DNA of 64,000 bases from positions 208,630,001 to 208,694,000 of the forward strand of contig OZ024742.1 of NCBI GenBank assembly GCA_964016885.1. Reading direction: 5' to 3'. Origin of the DNA: Eledone cirrhosa (Eukaryota). Of the stretch, positions 12,580 through 23,634 are shown one piece after another. The notes under the pieces were generated by a model that worked only from the letters and a program-made list of their open reading frames with translations, was not told the origin of the DNA and did not search any database. Positions within the stretch are counted from its first letter, which is position 1. Each line of letters begins with the position of its first letter. Made by a program: the position numbers and the translations under genes.

Positions 12580-12941
12580 TTAACAGGGGAATAGTGGTGG
12601 TAGCATTGAAGGAGTGGTGACGGCGGGGAGATGTGGGAGACAGTAGCGACGGTATCGATACTGAGACAGTGGTGGTCGTAATGTCGATACCGAGGCAGTG
12701 GTGCTCGTATTACTGTAGCGATGGTGTTGTATCAGTGGCAGCAATGAAGGAGTGGTGGTAATGATGGCAGTAGTGAGTGGTGGTGGTGAAATTGCCGTTA
12801 TCTGGCTGTTGTGTTTAGTGTACACAGAGAGGTGATGGGGTAGGTGTTGTATCTAGTTTCTGGTGTTGTTTGGCTGTTCTATATAGCGTAGACAGAGGAT
12901 GGGGGGGGGGTTTCTTCTTCCATTTATAGCCATTTTCTTTT
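12580..12941 (-). mobile_element. Orphan distal 5' UTR of Dong-A (GGT-rich on +)
   Basis: Aligns by eye with 17940-18290, e.g. GATACTGAGACAGTGGTGGT, GTATCTAGTTTCTGGTGTTG, CCATTTATAGCCATTTT. Confidence 0.75.
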
Positions 12942-13022
12942 ATACGGGGTCGATAAAATAAAGCACCAGTAATGCACTGGGCAATTGCTGGCCTTGTGCC
13001 AAAAGTAGAAACAATTATTATT
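12942..13022 (+). mobile_element. SINE 3' half
   Basis: GGGGTCGATAAAATAAAG...GGCCTTGTGCCAAAAGTAGAAACAATTATTATT. Confidence 0.85.
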
Positions 13023-13744
13023 CTTGCCAGTTCGGGATAAACTCTACAGGCATGGAGGTGCCGTCAGCCGGGCATGTCCGAGATGCGCGCAGGGCGACGA
13101 AACCGTCCTGCACGCACTCGTCCAGTGTCCGAAAATTGCTGACTTGTGGGTTTATGTCGAACACCTGCTGTCGCGTTTAGGACGGATCCGGCTATCAGCT
13201 GAGTCCATCGTGAGGATTGCCCCGCCCGCCTCCTTTAGCCGGGAAGGGCAGGCAGTTTTTATCTGTCTGGTGGCCATGGCTAAAGAGATAGTATGGTGGA
13301 CACGTTTGAAAGGGCTGAAGACGAGCACTTACCTCTTCGGTGATGCTCTGATTGACTTTTTCAAATTTCATTTGAAAAGGAAAATCAGAGTAGAGAGGGA
13401 AGTGCTCTCTTCCCAGCATTTTGTTGAAAGATGGGTGAGAGAAGCAAGAATGGCCCGAGTGAATGGGCCTACTCTGAGTATATATCTGTAAATTAAAGGT
13501 GGAAAACTGGGAGAGGGCACTTGCCTTGGTGGTCAGGGTCATTGTGGCTTTTTATTGGGCTTTCTCCACAAATGTCCCTCCGAAGTCTCCCCCTATTGGG
13601 GAATTTTTCATTGTTATTTTTTGTTACACCCTCTGTTTTTTTTTTGTTTTTTACACGCAGAAATGCCCATTTGAACCGTACTGTATTGTCCTGTACTGTC
13701 CTTAATATCTACTTTATGTAAACCCTTGTGGTTAATAAAGAAAA

Positions 13745-13745
<1 letters not shown>
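13023..13745 (+). mobile_element. 5'-truncated Tx1-like LINE inserted at a SINE (ATT) tail
   Basis: Open ORF 13024-13491 with CPRCAQGDETVLHALVQC; 3' UTR ends GTGGTTAATAAAGAAAAC(ATT)n. Confidence 0.9.
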
Positions 13746-13775
<30 letters not shown>

Positions 13776-13799
13776 TTATTATTATTATTATTATTATTA

Positions 13800-13936
13800 T
13801 TCCTTGTATCTCAGTCATTGATGTTGGTTAACTGGAAAGTCCGTTGGAATGAATATCAAGCCACTACCTGCAGCCTCAGATATTCAGGACGTATCGGAGG
13901 GTTCTTGCTGTTCCAAGCAAGCATGCCTTTTGAAGC

Positions 13937-13939
<3 letters not shown>
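13800..13939 (-). mobile_element. ~140-bp Dong-A 3' fragment between two (ATT)n tracts
   Basis: Near-identical to 13980-14119. Confidence 0.9.
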
Positions 13940-13975
<36 letters not shown>

Positions 13976-13979
13976 GTTA

Positions 13980-16900
13980 TTCCTTGAATCTCAGTCATTG
14001 ATGTTGGTTAACTGGAAAGTCCGTTGGATTGAATATCAAGCCACTACCTGCAGCCTCAGATATTCAGGACGTATCGGAGGGTTCTTGCCGTTCCAAGCAA
14101 GCATGCCTTTTGAAGCGTTCCAAAAAGCGTGAAGGGGCCGATTTTCTTTAACCATCCCTGGAAACCTTTGGAGATAGTCCCCAGTGCGCCTATGACAATC
14201 GGGATCACTTTGACTTCATGGCAGTTCCAAATCCTTTTCACCTCCCACTTTAGGTCCTGGTATCGGTTAATTTTCTCCCTCTCCTTCTCTTGCACTCTCG
14301 TGTCGAACGGGCAGGCCACATCCACAATCAGGCACGATCTTTTTTCTTTGTCCACAACCACCAGGTCAGGTCTATTGTGTTCCAGTTTTTTGTCCGTCTG
14401 TATCCTAAAATCCCACAGCACCTTCACCTGACTGTTCTCCATCACCGCCTCTGGCCTATGCTCATACCATTTCTCAGAATGTGGTAGATTGTTTACTTTG
14501 CACAGGTGCCAGTGGATCACCCTGCCCATCACATCGTGTCTCCAGCCCTTATAGTGGGTCTGGGCTAGGTGTTTACACTCGGACACAATGTGAGCCACAG
14601 TCTCCTCTCTCTCTCCACAGATCCTGCACAGTGGGCTAGCCTCCTCCTTGTAGATATGGTGCTTCAACCACTTCGTTTTGAGGGCCTGCTCCTGCGCAGC
14701 CATTAGCATTCCTTCTGTAGCCTTTTTGAGGTCTCCTCTTCTCAACCAGTTCCATGTCTGTGGATCTCTAAATTCAGTTTTCTCAAAGAAGGTACTATGA
14801 AGGGATTTTCCCTTAAGGCTGCTCTTCCTCCTTGATGTTATTTCCTCCTTGGGTATCCCCTGGCCTACTGTCCCCTCCTTCAGTACAGCTCTGAGCATTG
14901 GCTCCTTACTATAGGTCACGTATTTGTATAGGTTGTTTTTCTCCATCTGAACACAGTCCTCTATGCTGATAAGACCTCTTCCACCCTCAGATCTCCTTAG
15001 GTAGAGTCTATCGACATCACTCCTCTTGTGGAACATGTTGTAGATAGTCAATAGCTTCCTAGTCTTCCTATCCATTTCTTTTTGTTCAGCAACATTCCAT
15101 CTCAGAATTCCCGCACTGTACCTAATAATAGACACAGCTCGGGAATTTACTGCGCTTATGGCATTTCTGCTGTTCAGATGTGACTTCAATACGCTCCTTA
15201 CTCTCCGAATGTATTCAGTTCTTAACAATTCCTTCATTTTTTTGTTCTTTATGCCATCAGCCTCCAGAACGCCCAAATACTTGTATCCTTCCTCAGAGTC
15301 AATTTCCTTTATCATCTCACCTGTTGGTATCTGGATCCCGTTACTTCTGCTCAACCTACCCCTCCTCATCACAATGACTCCACATTTACCAATACCAAAC
15401 TGCATACATATATATCACTGCTGAAAATACGGACAGTGTCAACAAGCACATCCAACTCCTTCTCACTTTTCCCGAAGAGCTTAAGATCGTCCATGAAGAG
15501 GAGGTGATTGATGGTAAGCTCTCCCCTTCCCAACTTGTATCCTGCTCTCACTTTTCGCAGCATAATGGTCAAGGGCATCAGGGCAAGGACAAACAACAGA
15601 GGGGACAGGCTATCTCCCTGGAAGATACCTCTCTTGATCTTCACGCTTCCCAAGGATACTCCAGTTGATGTCAACTCTGTCTCCCAGGACCCCATACTCC
15701 TGCCCAGCAACTGTCTGATGTTATCTGCCACCCTGAAGATCTCCAGGCTTTTGGTGATCCAGGAATGAGGCACCATGTCAAATGCCTTTCTGTAGTCTAT
15801 CCATCCCATGGCAAGATCAGTGTGTCTCCTCCTGCAATTCCCCATTACCATCTTATCAATAAGCAACTGGTCCTTTGTACCACGTGACTTCTTTCGGCAT
15901 CCTTTCTGTTCGTCCGGCAACAAGTTGTTTGTGTGGAGGTGATGGTAGATTTCCTCAGACACAATGCTCGTCAACAGTTTCCACATTACGGGCAGACATG
16001 TGATAGGTCTATAGTTGGTAACATCATTACCCTTGATTCGGTCTTTCATTATCAGAACTGTGGTACCTTTTGTCAACCACTCTGGCACCTCACCCGACAC
16101 CAAGCAGTCATTGAACATGGCCGTCAGCTTCGGGTGGAGGGATGTTAAATGTTTAATCCAATACCCCTGCACACCATCTGGGCCTGGTGATTTCCAGTTG
16201 GTTAGTTTTTTGGCTTGCCCCTTAAGAGTTTCAACTGTGATACTCAAATCAGTCTGTTGCTGTGCCTGCTCACCGATCTCCCTCTGTACTGTCTCAATCC
16301 ACCCTGCCTGGGCATTGTGTCTAACATCCTGCTCCCATATTCCTCTCCAGAATGTTTTAGCTTGTTCCGCCCCAGGGATCAAGTCGGTGCCTCTTTCTTT
16401 CCCCTCAAGCTGTCCAAACAGCATCTTCTGGTTGTTGTCGAACATGCGGTTCTGTTTATACTGACTGACTCTGTTCTCGTATCGCCTGATTTTGGCACTC
16501 TTTGCTACAATGCGTTGCTTCAATTCCTCTATGATAATATTTAGCTTTTTACTCCTAGTTTTGTATTTTATTTCCAGTCTATTTTTAGTGCCTATGTTTT
16601 TTAGTGTCCCATTCAGTAGTGACTCAAGCTTTCCTATGTCATTTCTCATTTCCCCGATTTGCCCACTCAGTCGCTTCTTCCACCACGGCTCTGCTCTTTC
16701 TTGTCTGTTGTTTCCTCTCGCTTTTATACCAAGTAGTTTCCTCACCGTATTTGCTGTTGCTTTGAGGATATTGTTGCACTGGTGAAGACTCCTCGCCTCA
16801 AGGTATGGGATGACTTTGTTTACCTTAGCTGTTGTTTCTTTTAACTTTTTCCTGTCTACAAATCTTAGGTTCATAGGTCTCCCACTATCATTGTTCAACT

Positions 16901-18403
16901 CATCTACCACTAAATTTAGGATGTCAACCGAATCTTGTCCTAGCCCGTCAGCATTCATCTCCTCAGTGGCCGTATCTCTGTTCCAGGTATTATTTATCTC
17001 AGTATTCAGATCATTGTCTGCTTCGGGTGGTTCCTCCGCTCTCAGGACCTCCTCACCTTCATTTCCCGCCGGCTCGCTTGTCTGGCATACTACACCCGCC
17101 ATCTCCAAGCCATTCTCTCTGCTCAGTTCCTCCAGTTCCAGCTCGCTTATCCACCCATTAGTTCTTATTACCCGAGCCTGCCCGGCCAATTTTTGTTCAT
17201 CTAATTTAAATAAACCAATCTCGTTCCAGATGTTATGCATCCGTCTCCTGTAGCCCCTCTCCTTGGGGTTACTTTTCAGGTAGCATTGCATAACAGTTCT
17301 ATTCAATTCTTTCGTCCAGTTGGTTCTGGCCCCTTTCCTTCTTCTTCTTCCTCCAACATCAGCAGTATTTGGTTGACAGTCAGGTTCCTGCTGCTGAGCC
17401 AGGGGGCACCTGTTGGGTGAGAGTCTGTCACATGACGTTCTAGTCTCCATTTCACCGTTATTCGAACTGTTTATGTTCGATATTTAAACACTCTTATCGA
17501 GGATTGGCGAATGTATGTTTACATAGCCATCTGTGGATCCGCCATCCCACTTGGCCCTTGTGTGGCATTATCACCACGCTGTATACGGACACACATAAAC
17601 AAACAAACACACGGGCAGAAAGGGTCCCAAAAATGAATAAGCATAAGTTTCATTGTAATGTAGTATTCGAATGTCTGACTTAGTTTTTGTTTTTTAAGTT
17701 TTACTTTTTCCCCCCTCTTCTCTGTCCGTCCGCCTGCTTCTCTCTTCATTCTTATTTTCTTTACGTTTTTGGGGTTTCTTTTTTTGTTTTTGTTTTTCTC
17801 TGTTTTTCTCGTTTTTTACTGTTGTTGCTGTGCTGCTTTTGTTGTTTGTTTTTTCTTTTTTCTTTTGAGTCTATCTATATATTTTGATGCCTTCCTCTTT
17901 GTTAGTAGTAGGAATTCTATAATGTGGAAGTGGTAGCCAGCAGAGACTGGCGGCGTTGGCGATACTGAGACAGTGGTGGTGGTGATGTCGATACCGAGGC
18001 AGTGGTGGCGGTGATGCGACCGTATTACTGTAGTGATGGTGCTGTAGCGGTGGCAGCAGCAGTGAAGGAGTCAGGGGGTGGTGGCGGCGGTGATGGGATA
18101 GTGGAGGTAATGATGGCTGTAGTGAGCGGTGGCGGTGAAGGTGAAAATGCTGTTGTGTTTAGTGTACACAGATGATGGGGTGGGTGGTGTATCTAGTTTC
18201 TGGTGTTGGTGAGTTTCGCTGTCCTATATAGTGTAGCCAGAGGAGAGGAGGGGGGGGGGGTTCTTCTTCTTCCATTTATAGCCATTTTATTTTTTTTTTT
18301 TTTTTTTGGATATACAGTGTACAATACAAAGTTGAATATTTGAATATTTGAGCCGTATTACTGTAGTGATGGTGCTGTAGCGGTGGCAGCAGCAGTGAAG
18401 GAG

Positions 18404-18405
<2 letters not shown>
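13980..18405 (-). mobile_element. Full-length R4/Dong-like RLE LINE, family A, inserted in (TAA)n
   Basis: ~0.9-kb 5' UTR, single ~3.4-kb ORF with one frameshift, ~75-bp 3' UTR; (ATT)n on + at 13938-13980 and 18406-18454. Confidence 0.93.
14056..17450 (-). CDS. RT + CCHC knuckle + restriction-like endonuclease polyprotein (~1130 aa if the 2-bp slip near 15410 is corrected)
   Basis: 693-aa ORF ([35 protein letters not shown]) overlaps a 449-aa ORF (YKYLG, CRICGEREETVAHIVSEC, RHD, RPDLVV..IVDVACP..EKINRY). Confidence 0.85.
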
Positions 18406-18446
<41 letters not shown>

Positions 18447-18454
18447 TATTATTA
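18406..18454. repeat. (ATT)n microsatellite
   Basis: Direct reading. Confidence 0.95.
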
Positions 18455-19145
18455 TATATATTTAGGAAAAGAGTCAGGGCACCGATGTCTTAGCTCCGTC
18501 CGTTTCGACAGCTTGACTCATCAATATTCTACTTAATTATATTAGAAGTTATAACCCTATTAGAACTCAATGTAGAGTTGATCTGAATATCACATCATAA
18601 CGAGGCAAAATATGACTTTGTTGAAGAATAGCCAGCAATTGGATGACGTTGGGTATTCAACATTTGCAGTTAATAAATAAGACAAGGTTTAGTAGTTGAT
18701 TAATCCATTGATTTACAGTTGTTTCAAAGGGCAAAATAAACCCACGCATATCGATACATTGACTAATCGGTAGAATATATCCACTCCGACTTTCACCTTC
18801 AGAACGAAATAGTAGAGGCCCTTGGCAATCCTTTCAGCTCCGTCACAAGACCTTAAGTCCCATTCTCTCCCGTGTTTTATTTTTCTGAAATTACTGGCAA
18901 TGCGGACTTAAATCAAGTTTTCATTTGCGTAACCCATATATGTGTGTGTATGTATATGTATTTATATATATATATATATATGGGATAACAAGTTATCGTT
19001 ATAGGTGATCCAATAAGACGTAGTCCAGTTGACGCAGCATCAAGCGATTACCGAACTCTAGACGCACCAGATTAACGAAACAATTGTCAGCACTTTTAAT
19101 AAAGCCCTTATTGTAGAGCTAACCATGTTACTCTTCTTTCTTTAA

Positions 19146-19166
19146 ATATATATATATATACACACA

Positions 19167-19198
<32 letters not shown>

Positions 19199-19199
19199 T

Positions 19200-19255
<56 letters not shown>

Positions 19256-19389
19256 TATATATATATATATATATGATATATATATATATATATGAATGTA
19301 TGTATATTATATTTGGCAATGTACCGTATGTTTAATTAAAAACCTTTAGACCATACGCTATCAGCTTTAAAGTAGTGACTATGTCACTA

Positions 19390-19482
<93 letters not shown>

Positions 19483-19525
19483 ATATATGCGTGTGTGTAT
19501 GTGTGTGCGTGTGCGTGCGTGTGTG
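19146..19525. repeat. Compound (TA)n/(CA)n/(TG)n microsatellites around a short unique spacer
   Basis: Direct reading; the YIYIYI and HTHTH ORFs here are artefacts. Confidence 0.95.
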
Positions 19526-20574
19526 GATTTGTAAGTGCGTGTTGGGCGTTGTATCAATGTGTGCCGACATATATGCTTGTACGCATGTATGGGTTGTAAT
19601 TTCAAAGTAATTTCTTGGCCGAACACATTCTTATCTATTGCCTCGGTTTACCTAACTGACGGGAATAGGTACCGGATTTCCTGAGTAAAAGTCAATGGGG
19701 GTATGTAAAGTTCATTACCGAAAGGTCAACCAATTGACTGCTCTCTGGCACCAAGGCGAAAAATAGATAAATACATATTTATCATCATTTCCCCTGTACG
19801 CATACAAATATATCTGAAGGTGAATTGGTTGGACTTGGTGTGTACTTTTATGTTGGCGTGAATGTATGATGGTGGCAGTGAAGCTTATTTACTTTTAGTT
19901 TCTGATATGTCAGTACAGTTATTTGTGTTATGTACTGGAGAATAGATTTCGCTAGATGGTGTCTGTGTATTGTTTTATGTTATTCACATGAATGTTTGAG
20001 TACAGGCTATGCACATAATCTTTGAACATTTCTTACTAGACTGGTCATATCGATGTTTCATTAAATCTTCCCCAAACTTTTGTATATTTTGTGAGAAAAA
20101 TCTGGGTGGTTGCTTGGTCACTTTACCTCCGTGAAATAGAAGTCCAGATCACTCAGGTTTACCATACTTCTTTCAAATATATGGGCACATTATACAATAT
20201 ATTCCGTGATATACCAAAGAAATAGATGGTTGCTGCTGGAAAGTTTTTAACAATAGCTTTATACAATAAGGGCACACCTAACTATAAACAACAACGCAAA
20301 CATCAGTAGAATATCTGTCGAAACATTCTAGCGTAACGAGAACAATATAACTGACCCTAGTGACTACTGAAAAGTCAACATCCTTTCATTACTATACATC
20401 CTACACTGGATTGTCGAAATATAAACATTGTAAGACAAGTCTATCTTTCCCTTCATTGTTTTTCTATTTATCGATAACAGGCAATATTTTCTACTTTCCA
20501 GATTTGTAATGAAATAGGATTGGGAAACATTGTAGAATGAGAAGAACGTCAGATAAAATGTTTTGCATTATTTA

Positions 20575-20740
20575 ATTACTGCTGTAGAGCGTCAGACACC
20601 ATGGTTTGCAGCTTAGAGTTATGGCCCTTTACGTTCTCAGTTCAAATCCCACCTACGTTAGCTTTGCCTTTCATCCTTACGAGATCGATAAAATAAAGTA
20701 CCAGTAATTGTTGGCTTTGTGTCAAAGTAGAAACAATTAT
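20575..20740 (+). mobile_element. tRNA-derived SINE, diverged
   Basis: AGTTCAAATCCC B-box, TCGATAAAATAAAGTACCAG core, ends AGTAGAAACAATTATT. Confidence 0.8.
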
Positions 20741-20742
20741 TT

Positions 20743-21617
20743 AATTAAAAATTAGAATTGGAACTCTGAAATAACAATATATATATATGGATGTATATAT
20801 AGTGTATTTTGCAATACACTTTATGCTTAATTAAAAGCATTTTGAAGACCGTACGCTATTGTTTTAAAGTAGTGACAAATTCACTTACTTTGATCTCAGC
20901 AAACAGGGGAGATAAGCCGACAAGTCTTGTTTCGTTTTGGTTGAAGCTTATCAAGGCCAACTACCCCTCCTGTCTACCGAGATCACTGATGTTATATTCT
21001 TATAGAAATCTAGTAAATAATCAGGAGCTGATTATGCAGAGCGGTTGTTGGTCAGGCAGAAATTAAAAATTAGAATTGGAGCTCTGATTATTTACTAGAT
21101 TTCTATAAGAATATAACATCAGTGATCTCGGTAGACAGGAGGGGTAGTTGGCCTTGATAACCTTCAACCAAAGCGAAACAAGACTTGTCGGCTTATCTCC
21201 CCTGTTTGCTGAGATCAAAGTAAGTGAATTTGTCACTACTTTAAAACAATAGCTTACGGTCTTCAAAATGCTTTTAATTAAGCATAAAGTGTATTGCAAA
21301 ATACATTATATATACATCCATATATATATTGCTATTTCAGAGCTCCAATTCTAATTTTTAATTTCTGCCTGACCAACAACCGCTCTGCATAATCAGCTCC
21401 TGATTATTTACTAGATTTCTATAAGAATATAACATCAGTGATCTCGGTAGACAGGAGGGGTAGTTGGCCTTGATAAGCTTCAACCAAAGCGAAACAAGAC
21501 TTGTCGGCTTACCTCCCCTGTTTGCTAAGATCAAAGTAAGTGAATTTGTCACTACTTTAAAACAATAGCTTACGGTCTTCAAAATGCTTTTAATTAAGTA
21601 TAAAGTGTATTGCAAAT
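20743..21617. repeat. ~317-bp unit arranged as ~1.1 forward copies then ~1.7 inverted tandem copies
   Basis: AATTAAAAATTAGAATTGG at 20743 and 21061; reversed copies start TGATTATTTACTAG at 21085 and 21401. Near-identical short ORFs appear on both strands. Confidence 0.92.
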
Positions 21618-21919
21618 TATTTAATTGTATAGGAAATTTCGTATTTCTAAAGAAACACGGTATGTTTACAGGTAAACATTTAGAAATTGGTAGCTATGCA
21701 AAAAACACCCGGACTAACTATTGGTGTCTAGCAAAAGCAAGGGGAACAATCGGCGATGCAGTTCGGCCTTAACTGGTCCTCATCAGAACCCCCCCCCCAC
21801 ACACACACACACACAGCGACTGCTGGACTTGAAAACAGTCAATAATATATAGTTTTCTCGTCTGTGTAAATGGGGTGGTTAATCTCATTTACATATGAAG
21901 CTGCATAAGTTGGCTCAAC

Positions 21920-22430
21920 TTATAATTGGTCTACTTTAGGCACAAGGCCAGCAATTATCAGTGCATTACTGGTACTTTATTTTATCGACCCCGTAAGGAT
22001 GAAAGGCAAAGTCAACCTCGGCGGGATTTGAACTCAGATCGTAAAGGGACGTAACTATGCTGGAAAGCATGACGTCCGACCCTCAACTTATAATATAATA
22101 GAACTAGGATTTAGCTTCAGGCATAGCTGTATACAGATTGTCTGAGTTTAAATCTTTGGGTGGATGTTTTTTTTTTTATTATTTACATCTTTTCACATTT
22201 GATAAATAATGGTTTCTGATTTAGGCACAAGGTCAGTAATTTGAGGTTAGGGGAATGTCGATTAAATCGAACGCAGTGCATTACTTGTGCCTTATTTTTT
22301 AGATCCCGTAAGAATGATAAGCAAATCTAACCTCGGAGATATTTAAACTCAGAATGTAAAGGGCCGTAACTCTATGTCACGAAGCATGATCTTCGACGCC
22401 CTACCGATACTGCCAATCCGCCGCCCCACA
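21920..22430 (-). mobile_element. Two tRNA-derived SINE copies (~21920-22085 and ~22205-22430)
   Basis: Reverse complements of the SINE end (AGGCACAAGG), core (TTTTATCGACCCC), B-box (TTTGAACTC) and head (CTGCCAATCCGCCGCCCC). Confidence 0.85.
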
Positions 22431-23634
22431 TTTAAAGGTATTTAATCGACTATATTTTTTTACGAAATGATTGTGGCGGTGTGTCTATAGATATAAGCGT
22501 TATTATATAATTACCAGAGGATGGAATATTGGGGAAATCATTAGAGCATCTAGTAGTATTTGTTTCGTACTTTTACATTCTGAGTTTAAGTTACGTTCAG
22601 GTCAACGTTTTTTTCTGGAGTCGTTAATATAGAATAATTGTCAAGTACTGGCAACGATCTAATTTCAATGACACCACTACCAAATTTCTGGCCTTGTGGC
22701 TTTGTAACAAATTATTATATCATAATTATCGTCAATTCGATTAATTGCTAAATCAGAAAAGATCCGGATATCAAAATTTTCTGAGTTTGTTCCCTCTCCA
22801 TTAAATTTTGAATTCAAATTTCCGTAATGTTGTTTTAATGTTTATAGATGCGATAAAATATTCTTTACCAGTAAACTATTGGCGTCGATGAAATCCATTT
22901 TGTCCTCTTCTATAATTGGTTTTGAGCCAATTATAAATCATCACTATGTCCCCCGTAGTTTAGTGGCTCGAGAATAGGATTCGCATCTATGGGTTTGCGA
23001 ATCCAATTTTCGACCTTTATGATCTGAGAAAGACATTTTATTTCATTTTATTCTTTCTGCTAGGTGATGCGACCGGTAGCTAGTATCGGAAATGGAAAGA
23101 CCAATGGAAACATACTTCCTTGGTCCAATTTGACGAACTACATCCTACTCGGTCACCAAATGGCTCCTGGGATCTTGTCGATCTACACCTTCCCCCTTAG
23201 TATGTCCAGAGAGGAAGGAATAAAATATACTGATAATTATACAAATTTTAAAAAAAGAAATTAATGACTATTTATTTCTCTTAATTTACATCATTGAACG
23301 GTTTATCAGTCACTAATTTGCATTCTAATTTCTGATTAACTCCAACGAGCAATCATGCATATAAACTTTCAAATATGTCGCTGTCAATCATTGTATCAGT
23401 ATTCTTGCAAAGGATATTAGATGTTTATTGCATTAACATTTGAACTAGCTGCTGCTCACATGCAGCCTATCATGTGTGTTATTCCCAGTTAACGTGCATT
23501 AAAATTTGCAATTTTCAACTTTTTCTTTACGTTTTATTATTATACGTTTAGTTATTCATTAATAATTTATTTAATATAACTATAATTAATATTAAAGAAA
23601 TCAATATTAAACAAAAAACATCACCATTATTATT

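Noticed and set aside
18275-18295. AAAATGGC (YY1-like) motif near Dong-A 5' ends (minus here and ~12935; plus ~61620)
   Set aside because: Short motif next to poly-A; could equally be a uORF start or chance; no functional evidence.
20743-21617. Retrozyme (tandem ~300-bp unit with hammerhead ribozyme), or a triplicated 85-aa gene
   Set aside because: No CUGANGA...GAAA core on either strand; the ORF starts at TTG and has no recognisable domain.
22948-23010. tRNA-like sequence (TAGTTTAGTGG; GGATTCGCA/TGCGAATCC hairpin)
   Set aside because: No cloverleaf or proper B-box; at most a degraded SINE head.
23040-23264. Possible host exon after a polypyrimidine-AG acceptor (similar candidates near 47920 and 48250)
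   Set aside because: No recognisable protein, no convincing donor or consistent exon chain; needs RNA-seq.
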